64,000 nt of DNA, from contig JAZNEV010000075.1 in the NCBI GenBank assembly GCA_045588835.1, forward strand, positions 7,979 to 71,978, in the 5' to 3' direction. The first letter of the stretch is position 1. Each line of letters begins with the position of its first letter. Positions 27,998-37,608 of this stretch are shown here, piece after piece. A program made the position numbers and the translations under genes. Source of the stretch: Victivallaceae bacterium (GTDB lineage Bacteria > Verrucomicrobiota > Lentisphaeria > Victivallales > Victivallaceae). Below the pieces are notes generated by a model that did no database searches, was not told the origin of the DNA, and saw only the letters and a program-made list of their open reading frames with translations.

Positions 27998-28694
27998 GCA
28001 GATATTCAATGGCGGCGGCGGCGCAGAAACAACCGAATATTGCCGGCATATAACTGATACTGCCGATTTTTTTATCGGCAAAAGTGCGGCGCGGCAATTC
28101 CGGAGAATAAACGGTCAGAATACCTTTGACAATACCGGCAGATTTCAATTTGTTCCGCATTATCCTGGCCAGCGGACAACCGCAGGTTTTGCTCAAATCG
28201 GCAAGTTTGACTTGAGACGGATCGGTTTTTCCCCCGGCTCCCATGGCTGAAATAAATGGAATGTTTCTGGATTTCAGTTGCCGGATGAGTTCAACTTTTA
28301 CCGGCACATCATCAATGGCATCAACCACAAAATCATAATTCTTTTGTAAAATAGCGGCGATATCGTCCGGTGTTTTCAAAAAAATATCTATCGCATTGAA
28401 TATACCTTGCGGATTTATTTCTTTACAGCGATCCGCCAGTACTTGTGCTTTCATTTTTCCGATGGTGGAGGTCAAGGCGATGATCTGCCGGTTGCAGTTG
28501 GATATATCTACCGTATCACCGTCAAGCAAATCAACCATGCCCACTCCGGAACGGACAATGTTTTCCGCCGCATGGCCGCCGACTCCGCCGACCCCGACGA
28601 TCAATACCCGTTTTTCTGCCAGTATCGCTGAGGCATCTGTGCCAAACAGCAGATCAGTACGGGAAAATCGTTCAAAATGCTCATTCATGGTCAA
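27969..28694 (-). CDS. tcdA: tRNA threonylcarbamoyladenosine dehydratase (ThiF/E1-like)
   Basis: VLIVGVGGVGGHAAENIVRSGVG Rossmann motif, DxDxV...NRQ, and a TcdA-like C-terminus. Confidence 0.85.
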   Translation of the reverse strand: MTMNEHFERFSRTDLLFGTDASAILAEKRVLIVGVGGVGGHAAENIVRSGVGMVDLLDGDTVDISNCNRQIIALTSTIGKMKAQVLADRCKEINPQGIFNAIDIFLKTPDDIAAILQKNYDFVVDAIDDVPVKVELIRQLKSRNIPFISAMGAGGKTDPSQVKLADLSKTCGCPLARIMRNKLKSAGIVKGILTVYSPELPRRTFADKKIGSISYMPAIFGCFCAAAAIEYLLKANSLSDR

Positions 28695-29302
28695 ATCTCC
28701 AGAAAATCAGCGAAATGCTGATCGGTCAAATTTTCAATGTCATTGATTTTGAAAACAGTTCTTATATCATCAAGCAACTGTGGAATATCGACAGTCTTAT
28801 CATCGTCACTTTCAAAACCGTATGCTCCGGTCGCATGGGGCAACTTATCCATCAATGCTGCTTTCCCGGCGGCGGCTCTGCTGAATGATACGGTTATTTT
28901 GCGTTGCCATAACTCATCGAGCATTTCGGCAGAAGAGTTGAAGCCGTGAAGCATTACCCTGATTTGAGGAAATTTTTTCAATGTTTCAAAAAGTTCCTGA
29001 TACGTCCGTACACAGTGAATAACCACCGGCTTGCGGCAATCAGCAGCCAGGGCCAGCAGAGAATGGAAATACTGTTGTTGAATGCTCATTTCCGGTCCGC
29101 GTATCTTATCCAAACCGATCTCGCCCAATGCAGAACATTTATTCAATATATCCACCGATGGTAAGTTTTGTATATCGAAATTTGCCGGCAGATACCACGG
29201 ATGGATTTCCAGAGAGGTAAATTGCCCGGATATCGGGGCAGGGGATGACAGCAGGCTCCTGACTGCAGTATTCCTGTTGTGGGTATGAAAGTCACTGGCC
29301 AT
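28691..29302 (-). CDS. TatD-family metal-dependent hydrolase
   Basis: DFHTH at the N-terminus, GEIGLD, and HCVR motifs. The start at MASDFHTH forms an ATGA overlap with the ruvC stop. Confidence 0.8.
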   Translation of the reverse strand: MASDFHTHNRNTAVRSLLSSPAPISGQFTSLEIHPWYLPANFDIQNLPSVDILNKCSALGEIGLDKIRGPEMSIQQQYFHSLLALAADCRKPVVIHCVRTYQELFETLKKFPQIRVMLHGFNSSAEMLDELWQRKITVSFSRAAAGKAALMDKLPHATGAYGFESDDDKTVDIPQLLDDIRTVFKINDIENLTDQHFADFLEI

Positions 29303-29814
29303 CAGAGCATCTTTCCGGTACCATTCAATGTCGGGAAGCGTAAACGCTGAATATGGCACATCGCCAGTGCCAAAGCATCGGTACTGTCCAGTGGGATTTT
29401 TTCCACTTCAATTCCGAATTCTGCGGCCAGTAAAAAGGCGATCCGTCCTTTGTCGGCACTGCCGGAACCGGTTGCGGCCCGTTTGGCAACGCTGGGAGTG
29501 TAGGCATAAGCCGGAACGTTGTTTCCGGCCAATGCCGTCAATATACCGCCTCTGGCCATACCCAGAATGATCGCTGTTTTGGCATTACGTCCGACAAATG
29601 GTTCTTCCAGAACGGCACAATCCGGGTGGTAGAGCGAAATCAATTCACAAATGCCGCCATGCAGACGGCGTAAGCACTCGGTATGCGGCATGGATGGCTT
29701 ATTGCAGATAACTCCGCAATCAAGTATTTCCATGCCGCCTCCGGCTGACGGATCAGCTTTTATTACACCGTATCCGGTAGTCCGGATCGCCGGGTCTATA
29801 CCGAGGATGATCAT
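29302..29814 (-). CDS. ruvC: Crossover junction endodeoxyribonuclease RuvC
   Basis: MIILGIDPAIRTTGYGVI...EEPFVGRNAKTAIILG...DSTDALALAMCH. Confidence 0.95.
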   Translation of the reverse strand: MIILGIDPAIRTTGYGVIKADPSAGGGMEILDCGVICNKPSMPHTECLRRLHGGICELISLYHPDCAVLEEPFVGRNAKTAIILGMARGGILTALAGNNVPAYAYTPSVAKRAATGSGSADKGRIAFLLAAEFGIEVEKIPLDSTDALALAMCHIQRLRFPTLNGTGKML

Positions 29815-29815
29815 A

Positions 29816-31255
29816 TTACTTCATAAAAGCCGCCGCCGCCTGCAACATGACTTTTTCACCAAGTGCCGGAGCCATGATCTGGGCTGCGACCGGCATTTTG
29901 GTCGCCTCATCGATCCCGGCAGGAATACTGATCCCGCAATGACCGGATAAATTGAGTGCAATGGTGAAAATATCAGACAGATACATCTGAAGCGGATCGC
30001 TTTTTTCGTTGAATTTGAATGCCGTTTGCGGCGTGACCGGAGTCAACAGCAGATCACACTGCTTGAATGCTTCCTCAAAGTCACGGCGGATCAGTGTACG
30101 CACCCGTTGGGCACGCAAATAGTAGGCATCATAATATCCACTGGAAAGTACATACGTTCCCAAAAGAATACGACGTTTCACCTCATCACCGAATCCGGCT
30201 CCGCGTGATTTGTAGTAGGTATCCACCAAACCGTTGGCATCCTGCCGGCTCCCGTAGCGGATCCCGTCAAAGCGGGCGAGGTTGGCACTGGCTTCGGCGG
30301 TCGCGATGATGTAATAGACCGCCACGGCATATTTGGTGTGGGGCAGGGAGACATCAACGATTTCGCCGCCGAGTGCTTTGACTTTGGCAATGGTTTCATC
30401 CATGACTTTGGCCACCCCGGCATCCAAGCCGCCAGTGAAGTACTCTTTGGGCAAACCGAATTTCAATCCGGCCAAAGATCCGGATACCGCACCTTTTTGT
30501 GCTGCTTTTGCATAGCCGCCGGCCGCTTCGGGCAACGTAGTGGAATCATGCGGATCAAAGCCGGAAATGGCATCAAGGATGATTCCGGCATCTTCCGCAT
30601 CATTGCAGAGCGGTCCGATCTGATCCAAACTGGAAGCAAACGCTACCAGACCATAACGTGAAACCCGGCCGTAAGTCGGCTTGACACCGACCACGCCGCA
30701 GAAAGCCGCCGGTTGACGGATCGAACCGCCGGTGTCAGAGCCGAGAGCCGCCGGAGCGAAATCCGCCGCCACACAGGCCGCCGAACCACCGGATGAACCG
30801 CCGGGGACACGGGACGTATCCAACGGGTTTCTGGTCTGTTTGAATGCACTGTTTTCACAACTTGATCCCATTGCAAATTCATCCATATTCAACCGGCCGA
30901 AGGGGATGAATCCCTGCTTTTTAAGCAATTCGACCGCAGTGGCATCGTATGGAGACTTTACCGGTTCAAGAAGTTTTGAAGCACAGGAGCAACGCTCGCC
31001 TTTGACACAGATATTATCTTTTACCGCGATGGGAATACCATCGAAATCGCTGAAGGCTTTACCGGCCTGACGGCGGTGATCGGATTCCTGTGCGGCAGAG
31101 AGCATGTTTGCCCGGTCAAGTTCCAGAAAAGCACCGATTTCGCCGTCACGGGCATCAATGTTTTTCAGATACTCCCGGCAAAGCTCAACAGAGGAGAATT
31201 CACCATTTTTGAGTTGTTGACTCAAAGAATGGATGGTCGTTTTTTTCAAATCCAT
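29816..31255 (-). CDS. gatA: Glu/Asp-tRNA amidotransferase subunit A
   Basis: Amidase signature GGSSGGSAACVA...GSDTGGSIRQPA. Confidence 0.95.
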   Translation of the reverse strand: MDLKKTTIHSLSQQLKNGEFSSVELCREYLKNIDARDGEIGAFLELDRANMLSAAQESDHRRQAGKAFSDFDGIPIAVKDNICVKGERCSCASKLLEPVKSPYDATAVELLKKQGFIPFGRLNMDEFAMGSSCENSAFKQTRNPLDTSRVPGGSSGGSAACVAADFAPAALGSDTGGSIRQPAAFCGVVGVKPTYGRVSRYGLVAFASSLDQIGPLCNDAEDAGIILDAISGFDPHDSTTLPEAAGGYAKAAQKGAVSGSLAGLKFGLPKEYFTGGLDAGVAKVMDETIAKVKALGGEIVDVSLPHTKYAVAVYYIIATAEASANLARFDGIRYGSRQDANGLVDTYYKSRGAGFGDEVKRRILLGTYVLSSGYYDAYYLRAQRVRTLIRRDFEEAFKQCDLLLTPVTPQTAFKFNEKSDPLQMYLSDIFTIALNLSGHCGISIPAGIDEATKMPVAAQIMAPALGEKVMLQAAAAFMK

Positions 31256-31257
31256 TT

Positions 31258-31557
31258 TTATTCCTCCTCACTGGGCAGAACCCGTGGCACCTTGATCAGG
31301 TCACCGTGAACGACTCCCGGTGCATTGGCCAGCATGACCTCTCTGGGAAATGAGGTTTTTGCCTCATCCTGCCGCCAGACGTTGGTCAATTGAGCCGCAT
31401 GAGCGGTAGGCTCGACACCGGTGACGTCAACCTCGGCGAGTTCAGCAATGTATTCGACCACACGGCCGAGCTCCTGCTGAAGTTTTTCTGATTGTTCAGC
31501 ATAGAGATCGAGCCGGGCCAGATCGGCAACATATTTGATGTCGATTTCAGAACTCAT
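31258..31557 (-). CDS. gatC: Glu/Asp-tRNA amidotransferase subunit C
   Basis: 99 aa, with IKYVADLARLDL...ELAEVDVTGVEPT. Lies immediately upstream of gatA. Confidence 0.9.
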   Translation of the reverse strand: MSSEIDIKYVADLARLDLYAEQSEKLQQELGRVVEYIAELAEVDVTGVEPTAHAAQLTNVWRQDEAKTSFPREVMLANAPGVVHGDLIKVPRVLPSEEE

Positions 31558-31559
31558 TT

Positions 31560-33218
31560 TCAGATCGTACCGCCTTTTTCCAAAGTCAGAGTTTTGGTGA
31601 CCAGATCACAGACACAGGAAGGGCCGAAGTACTGGATCGGGCCGGGATAGACAAAGCTGGTTTCTTTGGCCCACAAATCACGTTTGGCGGCGAATTCTTT
31701 GAAAGGTGCACCATCCAATTCGACCAGGGCTTTGCGGATGACCGGTTTATCGGCACCGTGGCGGCGTTCCATATTGAGCATCATGGTGATCGGAATACCT
31801 CCGGCGATCCATTCGGCGGCCGGTTTGATGGTATTGCGGACACTTGACATATAACCGGTACGGCCGGCCCCGATCAATGCGGCGGCATTGTAACCGAGGC
31901 TGTAGCAGTAGTCGGCATCGTAGTTGGAAGGAGCGGCACAACGGCCTTCATAACCGAAAAAGTGGGTCTGGGTGGCAAATTTGCCTTTGAAAGTGCCTTC
32001 GGCTTTCATGGCTTTCAACTTGGTTCCGACCATTTCGGCGAGCATCTTTTCGGTTTCGATCAGAGAAACCTGCACGTTGCCGTGGGGGTCACGGTCATTG
32101 CAAAGCTGCATCTGGATACCGGCGGGCAGTGAAGCGAAAACTTTGGCTGATTCAGCGGAAAGTTTACCGGCCGCAAAAGCAACTTTTTCGTTTTTATCCA
32201 TTGCTTCAACGGCTTCGGCATTGGCGGCCAGAAGATCATTGAGTTCAGCGATGAGGACTTTGATTTCGGGGATGAATTCCACCAATCCTTCGGGGATGAG
32301 GGCAACGCCGAAATTCATTCCCATTGCGGAACGGCCGGCCACGATGGCGGCAAGATCATCGACGATCTGACCGAGAGTCATCTTTTTGGCGGCGACTTCT
32401 TCGGAAATGATTGCCGCATTGGGCTGGGTCTGCAATGCACATTCCAGAGCGATGTGGGAAGCGGAACGGCCCATAAGTTTGATGAAGTGCCAATATTTTT
32501 TGGCAGAGTTGGCATCACGGCCGATATTGCCGATCAATTCACTGTAAACACGGCAGGCGGTGTCAAAACCGAAACTGGCTTCGATCCACTCATTTTTGAG
32601 GTCACCGTCGATGGTCTTGGGGCAACCGATGACCTGGATACCGACATTATTGCTCTTGAAATATTCAGCCAGCACGCAGGCATTGGTATTGGAGTCGTCA
32701 CCACCGATGATGACCAGAGCGGTGATACCGGCTTTTTCGCAATTCGCTTTGGCAGCTTCAAACTGTTCTTCAGTTTCCAGTTTGGTACGGCCGGAACCGA
32801 TCATATCGAAACCGCCGGTGTTGCGGTAGGCATCGATGATGTCGGCGGTCAATTCCATGAATTCGCCTTTGACCAGACCGTCAGGACCTTTGAGGAAGCC
32901 GAAAAGACGGCTGTTTTCATTCAATGATTTCAAACCGTCAAAGAGACCGGCGATGACATTGTGACCACCGGGGGCCTGACCGCCGGAAAGAATAACACCG
33001 ACATTGATAGCGGATTTTTTCTCACCGCAACCGGGAGCAAATGTCAGTACCGGGCTGCCGAAAGTACTCTTGAAAAGAGCCTGAACTTTTTCGACATCAG
33101 CGACCGCAGTAGTTGCTTCACCCTCCTGAACGCAGACGGCTGCACCTTTCTGCAAAGCGGCGGGGAGTTTCGGGGCATAGGCGGCACGCGCCTGCTGCAA
33201 CGGAGAAATTTTACTCAT
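31560..33218 (-). CDS. pfp: Pyrophosphate-dependent 6-phosphofructokinase (long form)
   Basis: [11 protein letters not shown] (Asp rather than Gly) and [10 protein letters not shown] are diagnostic of PPi-PFK. 552 aa. Confidence 0.9.
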   Translation of the reverse strand: MSKISPLQQARAAYAPKLPAALQKGAAVCVQEGEATTAVADVEKVQALFKSTFGSPVLTFAPGCGEKKSAINVGVILSGGQAPGGHNVIAGLFDGLKSLNENSRLFGFLKGPDGLVKGEFMELTADIIDAYRNTGGFDMIGSGRTKLETEEQFEAAKANCEKAGITALVIIGGDDSNTNACVLAEYFKSNNVGIQVIGCPKTIDGDLKNEWIEASFGFDTACRVYSELIGNIGRDANSAKKYWHFIKLMGRSASHIALECALQTQPNAAIISEEVAAKKMTLGQIVDDLAAIVAGRSAMGMNFGVALIPEGLVEFIPEIKVLIAELNDLLAANAEAVEAMDKNEKVAFAAGKLSAESAKVFASLPAGIQMQLCNDRDPHGNVQVSLIETEKMLAEMVGTKLKAMKAEGTFKGKFATQTHFFGYEGRCAAPSNYDADYCYSLGYNAAALIGAGRTGYMSSVRNTIKPAAEWIAGGIPITMMLNMERRHGADKPVIRKALVELDGAPFKEFAAKRDLWAKETSFVYPGPIQYFGPSCVCDLVTKTLTLEKGGTI

Positions 33219-33301
33219 TTTTTCTGTTTCCTTTTTTTATTATCAAGGGTTGATTGGTTGATAAAAATTGTCAATCACATAAAATAACTCAAAAATACCG
33301 A

Positions 33302-34084
33302 TTAATCAAGGTTTTCAGCCGGTTTTTTCAAAACTTCATCCCATGGACGGCGAAAACTCTTTTCATCACTGGAAAAACAATTGAAGCGGATGATGTGCCA
33401 CAAGGCGGCAAAACCGTCTTTCCAACCGATTTTTTTCCCCTCGTCATAACGGCGCGGTTGATAGGATATCGGCACTTCCCAGATCCGCAACTTGCGTGAA
33501 CGGGCCAATTTTGCCGTCATCTCAACCTCAATGCCGAATCTTTCAGAAGTCAGTTTGAGATTTTGGATGACCTCTCTGCGGAATGCCTTGTAGCAGGTTT
33601 CCATATCTGACAGGTGGATGTCGGAAAATACGTTGGATAAGAATGTCAGGAATTTATTACCCATTTCATGCCGGAAATATCTGACCTGGCCGGGAGAATT
33701 CATGAATCTTGCTCCGTAAACGACTTCTGCTTTGCCATTGACCAATGGCTGGATAACTTGCGGATAATCTTCCGGAGTGTATTCAAAGTCTGCATCCTGA
33801 ATTATCACATATTCTTTAGAGGCGGCGGCAAAGCCGCGGATAATTGCGGCACCTTTGCCCCGGTTGACTTCCTGTTGAAGCAGTTTTACCCGCGGATTAT
33901 CCCGGAATTTTTGCAACTGTTCCCAACTTTTGTCTTTGGAAGCATCGTCAATGATAAGTAATTCGCCGACTTCGGGACGGGCAAGAACCAGTGAAACGAT
34001 TTCACAAATGGTCGCTTCCTCGTTGTATACCGGCATTACTACTGAGAGTGATGCATTGGGAATGGGGATATCTTTCATATTCAA
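33302..34084 (-). CDS. Family-2 glycosyltransferase (polyprenol-phosphate glycosyltransferase-like)
   Basis: SVVMPVYNEE...IIDDASKD...IIQDADFEY (DxD) motifs. Confidence 0.85.
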   Translation of the reverse strand: MNMKDIPIPNASLSVVMPVYNEEATICEIVSLVLARPEVGELLIIDDASKDKSWEQLQKFRDNPRVKLLQQEVNRGKGAAIIRGFAAASKEYVIIQDADFEYTPEDYPQVIQPLVNGKAEVVYGARFMNSPGQVRYFRHEMGNKFLTFLSNVFSDIHLSDMETCYKAFRREVIQNLKLTSERFGIEVEMTAKLARSRKLRIWEVPISYQPRRYDEGKKIGWKDGFAALWHIIRFNCFSSDEKSFRRPWDEVLKKPAENLD

Positions 34085-34884
34085 TTCTTTCCTAACTCTT
34101 TTGAGCGTGCCGCTGCGGCTCTTACCGCTTTGATGACCGTGCCGGAAAATGCTTCAGAAGCAAGAACTTCCAATGCTCTTGATGTCGTGCCGGCCGGACT
34201 GGTTACTTTATCTTTCAAACTGGCAGGATGTTCCCCGGTTTGCAGAACCATTTCTGCCGCACCGATCACTGTCTGGGCGGCAAGTCGCAGAGATACATTT
34301 CTTGGTAATCCCTCGGCAACTCCGCCGTCGGCCAATGCCTGAATGAACTCAAAAACATAAGCCGGACCGCTGCCGGAAAGAGCGGTTACTGCGTCAAGTT
34401 CGGATTCTTTCAATTTCATGGCGATCCCGAATGAGGATAATATCCGGTCGGCTAAAGTCGCATCATTTGCAGTTGCTCCGCTGCTTAAGGCATAACCGGA
34501 AGCTCCTTTGCCGACTAAAGCCGGGGTATTGGGCATTACTCTGACGATTCGGGCCGCTCCGGTGATTTCTGTCAGAGTGGAAACGGAAACTCCGGCGGCG
34601 ATGGAGATTATCAATTTGTCTTTGAATAATTCTTTATAAGGTGCTATGGCACTCCGGATAATTTGGGGCTTTACTGCTATCAAAATGCTTTCTGCGGCGG
34701 CAATTTTTTCTGCCGGATCTGCTGTATCGACTGCAATGCCGGTTGCAGACGAAAAAAGTCCTGCGGCATTGTGATCCGGATCGAAAGCTCCGAGTTCAGC
34801 GGCACTGAATATGCCGGATTTTACCAATCCTCCGGCAATGGCGGTTGCCATTTTGCCGCTCCCGATAAAATACAATTTAGTCAT
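34081..34884 (-). CDS. proC: Pyrroline-5-carboxylate reductase
   Basis: FIGSGKMATAIAGGL...MPNTPALVGKG...SPAGTT motifs. Confidence 0.95.
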   Translation of the reverse strand: MTKLYFIGSGKMATAIAGGLVKSGIFSAAELGAFDPDHNAAGLFSSATGIAVDTADPAEKIAAAESILIAVKPQIIRSAIAPYKELFKDKLIISIAAGVSVSTLTEITGAARIVRVMPNTPALVGKGASGYALSSGATANDATLADRILSSFGIAMKLKESELDAVTALSGSGPAYVFEFIQALADGGVAEGLPRNVSLRLAAQTVIGAAEMVLQTGEHPASLKDKVTSPAGTTSRALEVLASEAFSGTVIKAVRAAAARSKELGKN

Positions 34885-34891
34885 GAGTCAA

Positions 34892-35701
34892 TCACCCTTT
34901 ACATAAAGAGAGTATCTGCCACACCATAATCGATGCTCCGAGCAGGAACAAATACCATGAAAAATAGGATAGTTTACGCTTTTTTATCAAAGTTACTAAA
35001 AATCCCAAACTGGCAAAACTTACTGCGGCAGAGAGAATAAAAGCCGCAGATAATTGCAATGCTGAAAAATTGCCAAGCCGAAAACCGTTCTCGCTTAAAG
35101 AGATAAGTTCCAGCAATGTCGCTCCGGCGATTGCCGGTAATGCCAACAGAAATGAAAACGTTGCCGCCGCCTCAAAACGGATACCGGAAAGGATACCGGC
35201 TGCAATGGTACTGCCGGAACGTGAAACCCCCGGAATGATGGCAAACGCTTGAGCAAATCCGACGGTGAGTGATTGGCGTAAAGAGATTTCTTTCAAGTCA
35301 GTTTCTCCTGGAACCCGCAATTTTTCTTTTCCGGTCAAACGCAGAACAGAGGCGGTGATGAGAAAGCCCATGGCAACGGAAAGCATATCTCCGAATAACT
35401 GCTGATCCATGCCGGTTTTTTTCAGGGTTATGCCGACCACTCCTGCCGGGATCGATCCGACAATTATCATCGCCAGCAAATGCAACTGATCTTTTTTGAG
35501 AAAGCCAAGCAGGGTTTTGAAGTAAAAAACTATTATCGCCAATAATGAGCCGGCGTGAAGAACTATGCTGAAAGCCGCCCCTTCCTGCTGCGGCAGACCG
35601 CACAAAGCACTCAATACGGCCAGATGGCCGGAGGAACTGACAGGTAAAAATTCTGCCACTCCCTGTAATATGGCAAGAATGATGACTGTAAACCAAACCA
35701 T
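34892..35701 (-). CDS. uppP: Undecaprenyl-diphosphate phosphatase
   Basis: EFLPVSSSGHL and PGVSRSGSTI motifs of BacA/UppP. Confidence 0.95.
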   Translation of the reverse strand: MVWFTVIILAILQGVAEFLPVSSSGHLAVLSALCGLPQQEGAAFSIVLHAGSLLAIIVFYFKTLLGFLKKDQLHLLAMIIVGSIPAGVVGITLKKTGMDQQLFGDMLSVAMGFLITASVLRLTGKEKLRVPGETDLKEISLRQSLTVGFAQAFAIIPGVSRSGSTIAAGILSGIRFEAAATFSFLLALPAIAGATLLELISLSENGFRLGNFSALQLSAAFILSAAVSFASLGFLVTLIKKRKLSYFSWYLFLLGASIMVWQILSLCKG

Positions 35702-35719
35702 AATGAATAAACTGTAAAA

Positions 35720-35908
35720 TTATTTGATTGTTTCAATTATCTTATCGCCGGATTGTTTGGCTTCTTCCCACTTGCTTTCCACCTGCTGAACGCCTCTGGC
35801 TTTTACTTCAGGCTTGTCTTTCAAATAGAAATGGTAGAATATTGCTCCGCCGAGAGCCACGGCCAGAAGAAAGCCGATGAATACTCCACAGGTACATGAT
35901 AATCGCAT
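35720..35908 (-). CDS. Small single-TM protein (62 aa)
   Basis: Hydrophobic N-terminus VFIGFLLAVALGGAIFYHFY, then a charged tail. Tightly packed between the XRE gene and uppP. Confidence 0.6.
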   Translation of the reverse strand: MRLSCTCGVFIGFLLAVALGGAIFYHFYLKDKPEVKARGVQQVESKWEEAKQSGDKIIETIK

Positions 35909-35914
35909 CGGTGT

Positions 35915-36721
35915 TTATCTCCTTGTTTTTTCTGCTGCACACAGTGGTATGATCGTGAATTCCAATACGGTGACACTCCATTTTATCTTTTTAAGGCTGG
36001 TGTGACGCGGTTTGTTGAAAAGTGATCTCATATGATTGAAGTCACTTTCATTTTCTTTCAGGATCACCTGATATGAACCATCGACATACGCAACCAATCT
36101 CAATGCTGAATACGACTCCGGGGCATCCTGCGATATTACCAGTTGTATCGGCCCCGGATAATTCATTCCCACCAGACAACCGGCTGTTTTTACGATCACC
36201 GGTGAACCGATTGAGCCGTAATCACGGATAACTGTGTTATGCACGTTGATCATGGAAAACTCATACAGATTCATTTTTCTTTCCAGTTTATCCAAGGTGA
36301 AAAGGTCGATGATTGGAGTTCCTGCCTCCGGCAATTCTGCAAACATGATAGTATGCGGAGTTCCGGAATTATCGCTTTCGTTGAAAAGTTTATTGAAATT
36401 TTGAAAATCTTCATCAGAATCATCTTCTTCGTCTGTATCCGGCTTTTCAAGTCTCCAATCGATTGCCTGAGATTCCCAATCTTCGCCGGCCTCTTCTATA
36501 GTTTTATTGAGCAAACTGTGAAGCCGGGCACTGCGGAGATCGGAAATACACAGCAAAAGCAGAAGTTCATTTAACTGTTCCGGACGGGGAATGGCTGTAC
36601 CGTGAATGAATTGTGAAAGTGCCGAAGACGAAATTCCCAATGCCTGGGCAATGACTGTTTTCCGGATGCAGGACTCCTCTATGATACTATTCAATTCATT
36701 GGCAAACGCTTCTTTGTTCAT
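35915..36721 (-). CDS. XRE-family HTH protein with acidic linker and unassigned C-terminal beta-rich domain
   Basis: HTH IRKTVIAQALGISSSALSQFIHGTAIP. DE-rich linker. The C-terminal region is weakly LexA/S24-like but lacks the Ser. Start MNKEAF (36721) lies behind GGAGG. Confidence 0.75.
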   Translation of the reverse strand: MNKEAFANELNSIIEESCIRKTVIAQALGISSSALSQFIHGTAIPRPEQLNELLLLLCISDLRSARLHSLLNKTIEEAGEDWESQAIDWRLEKPDTDEEDDSDEDFQNFNKLFNESDNSGTPHTIMFAELPEAGTPIIDLFTLDKLERKMNLYEFSMINVHNTVIRDYGSIGSPVIVKTAGCLVGMNYPGPIQLVISQDAPESYSALRLVAYVDGSYQVILKENESDFNHMRSLFNKPRHTSLKKIKWSVTVLEFTIIPLCAAEKTRR

Positions 36722-36737
36722 GTGTTTGCAAGCCTCC

Positions 36738-36801
36738 GGTTGATATTGTGAAAATAGGATTATACTATATAATATATATCCCTTGTTTTCAGATATCAAC
36801 C
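36738..36801 (-). promoter_or_regulatory. Promoter of the XRE gene flanked by a 9-bp inverted repeat (candidate operator pair)
   Basis: On the minus strand: TTGATA (36799-36794), 17-nt spacer, TATATT (36776-36771). GGTTGATAT (36738-36746) and ATATCAACC (36793-36801) are exact reverse complements. Confidence 0.4.
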
Positions 36802-36825
36802 TGCCGGAAGTTTTTTTATGAAAAT

Positions 36826-36883
36826 TTAAAATAACAAAGAAACGGGGCGGCGGCTCCGGGGAGAAGCCTTGATGCCGCCCCGT
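36826..36883 (-). terminator. Rho-independent terminator after the ankyrin gene
   Basis: ACGGGGCGGC / GCCGCCCCGT 10-bp stem (36842-36851, 36874-36883), followed on the minus strand by a T-rich tract. Confidence 0.65.
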
Positions 36884-36978
36884 GGGTGTGGGGGCAGTTT
36901 TTTATTCAGAATTGCTTTCGTGGTCTTTCTGGTCTTTTGTGCCGGTAATAATTCCTTTTTTTACGTTATTTGATTTTT

Positions 36979-37494
36979 TTACTGTAAAATCTCTGACAGT
37001 ATTTTTATACATTCATCATGTTGATATTCTTTTGCAAAATCCAATGCATTTTTGCCATGACAATCGGTCGAATCTTTTGAGGCACCGCGTTGTAAAAGCT
37101 CTTTGAGTAATTCTGCATTTCCGGTGATAGCGGAAAACATCAGGGCTGTCCGGTTGGAGAAATCGGTCAATTCGATGTCTGCCCCCAGAGATAATAAAGT
37201 TTCCCGGGCATGGGAATTCCCATAATAGATGCTGTAAAGCAGCGGTGTCCAACCATCCGGCTCGTCCTGATAATCTATATTTGCTCCCTGCCGGATAAGC
37301 TCTTTGACTTCCGTGTTGTCGTTGCGTAAAATTGCCATACATAATTTTGAACCGAGATGTGCGTTTTCCGGAACGCGGATATTATTGATGCCGTAATTCC
37401 TTGCTGCCAGAGAGGTGGAGAGCGGCAATTGTTTCTGATTGTGTGATGCGATGTCCATAACTTCCTCTGTTGAGTTTCTTCTGCTGATATTCAA
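36979..37494 (-). CDS. Ankyrin-repeat protein (171 aa, no signal peptide)
   Basis: At least three ANK repeats (GWTPLLYSIYYGNSHARETLLSLGADIE; RTALMFSAITGNAELLKELLQRGAS; GKNALDFA). Confidence 0.85.
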   Translation of the reverse strand: MNISRRNSTEEVMDIASHNQKQLPLSTSLAARNYGINNIRVPENAHLGSKLCMAILRNDNTEVKELIRQGANIDYQDEPDGWTPLLYSIYYGNSHARETLLSLGADIELTDFSNRTALMFSAITGNAELLKELLQRGASKDSTDCHGKNALDFAKEYQHDECIKILSEILQ

Positions 37495-37608
37495 TGTGAT
37501 CGATTTTTTGATAAAATCAAGTTTAAAGTAAAAATAAATGCAAATAAAAATGAATTTATTTTATAAAATGCAAAAAAAGACGACTAAATGAAATTTAATG
37601 ATAAAATA

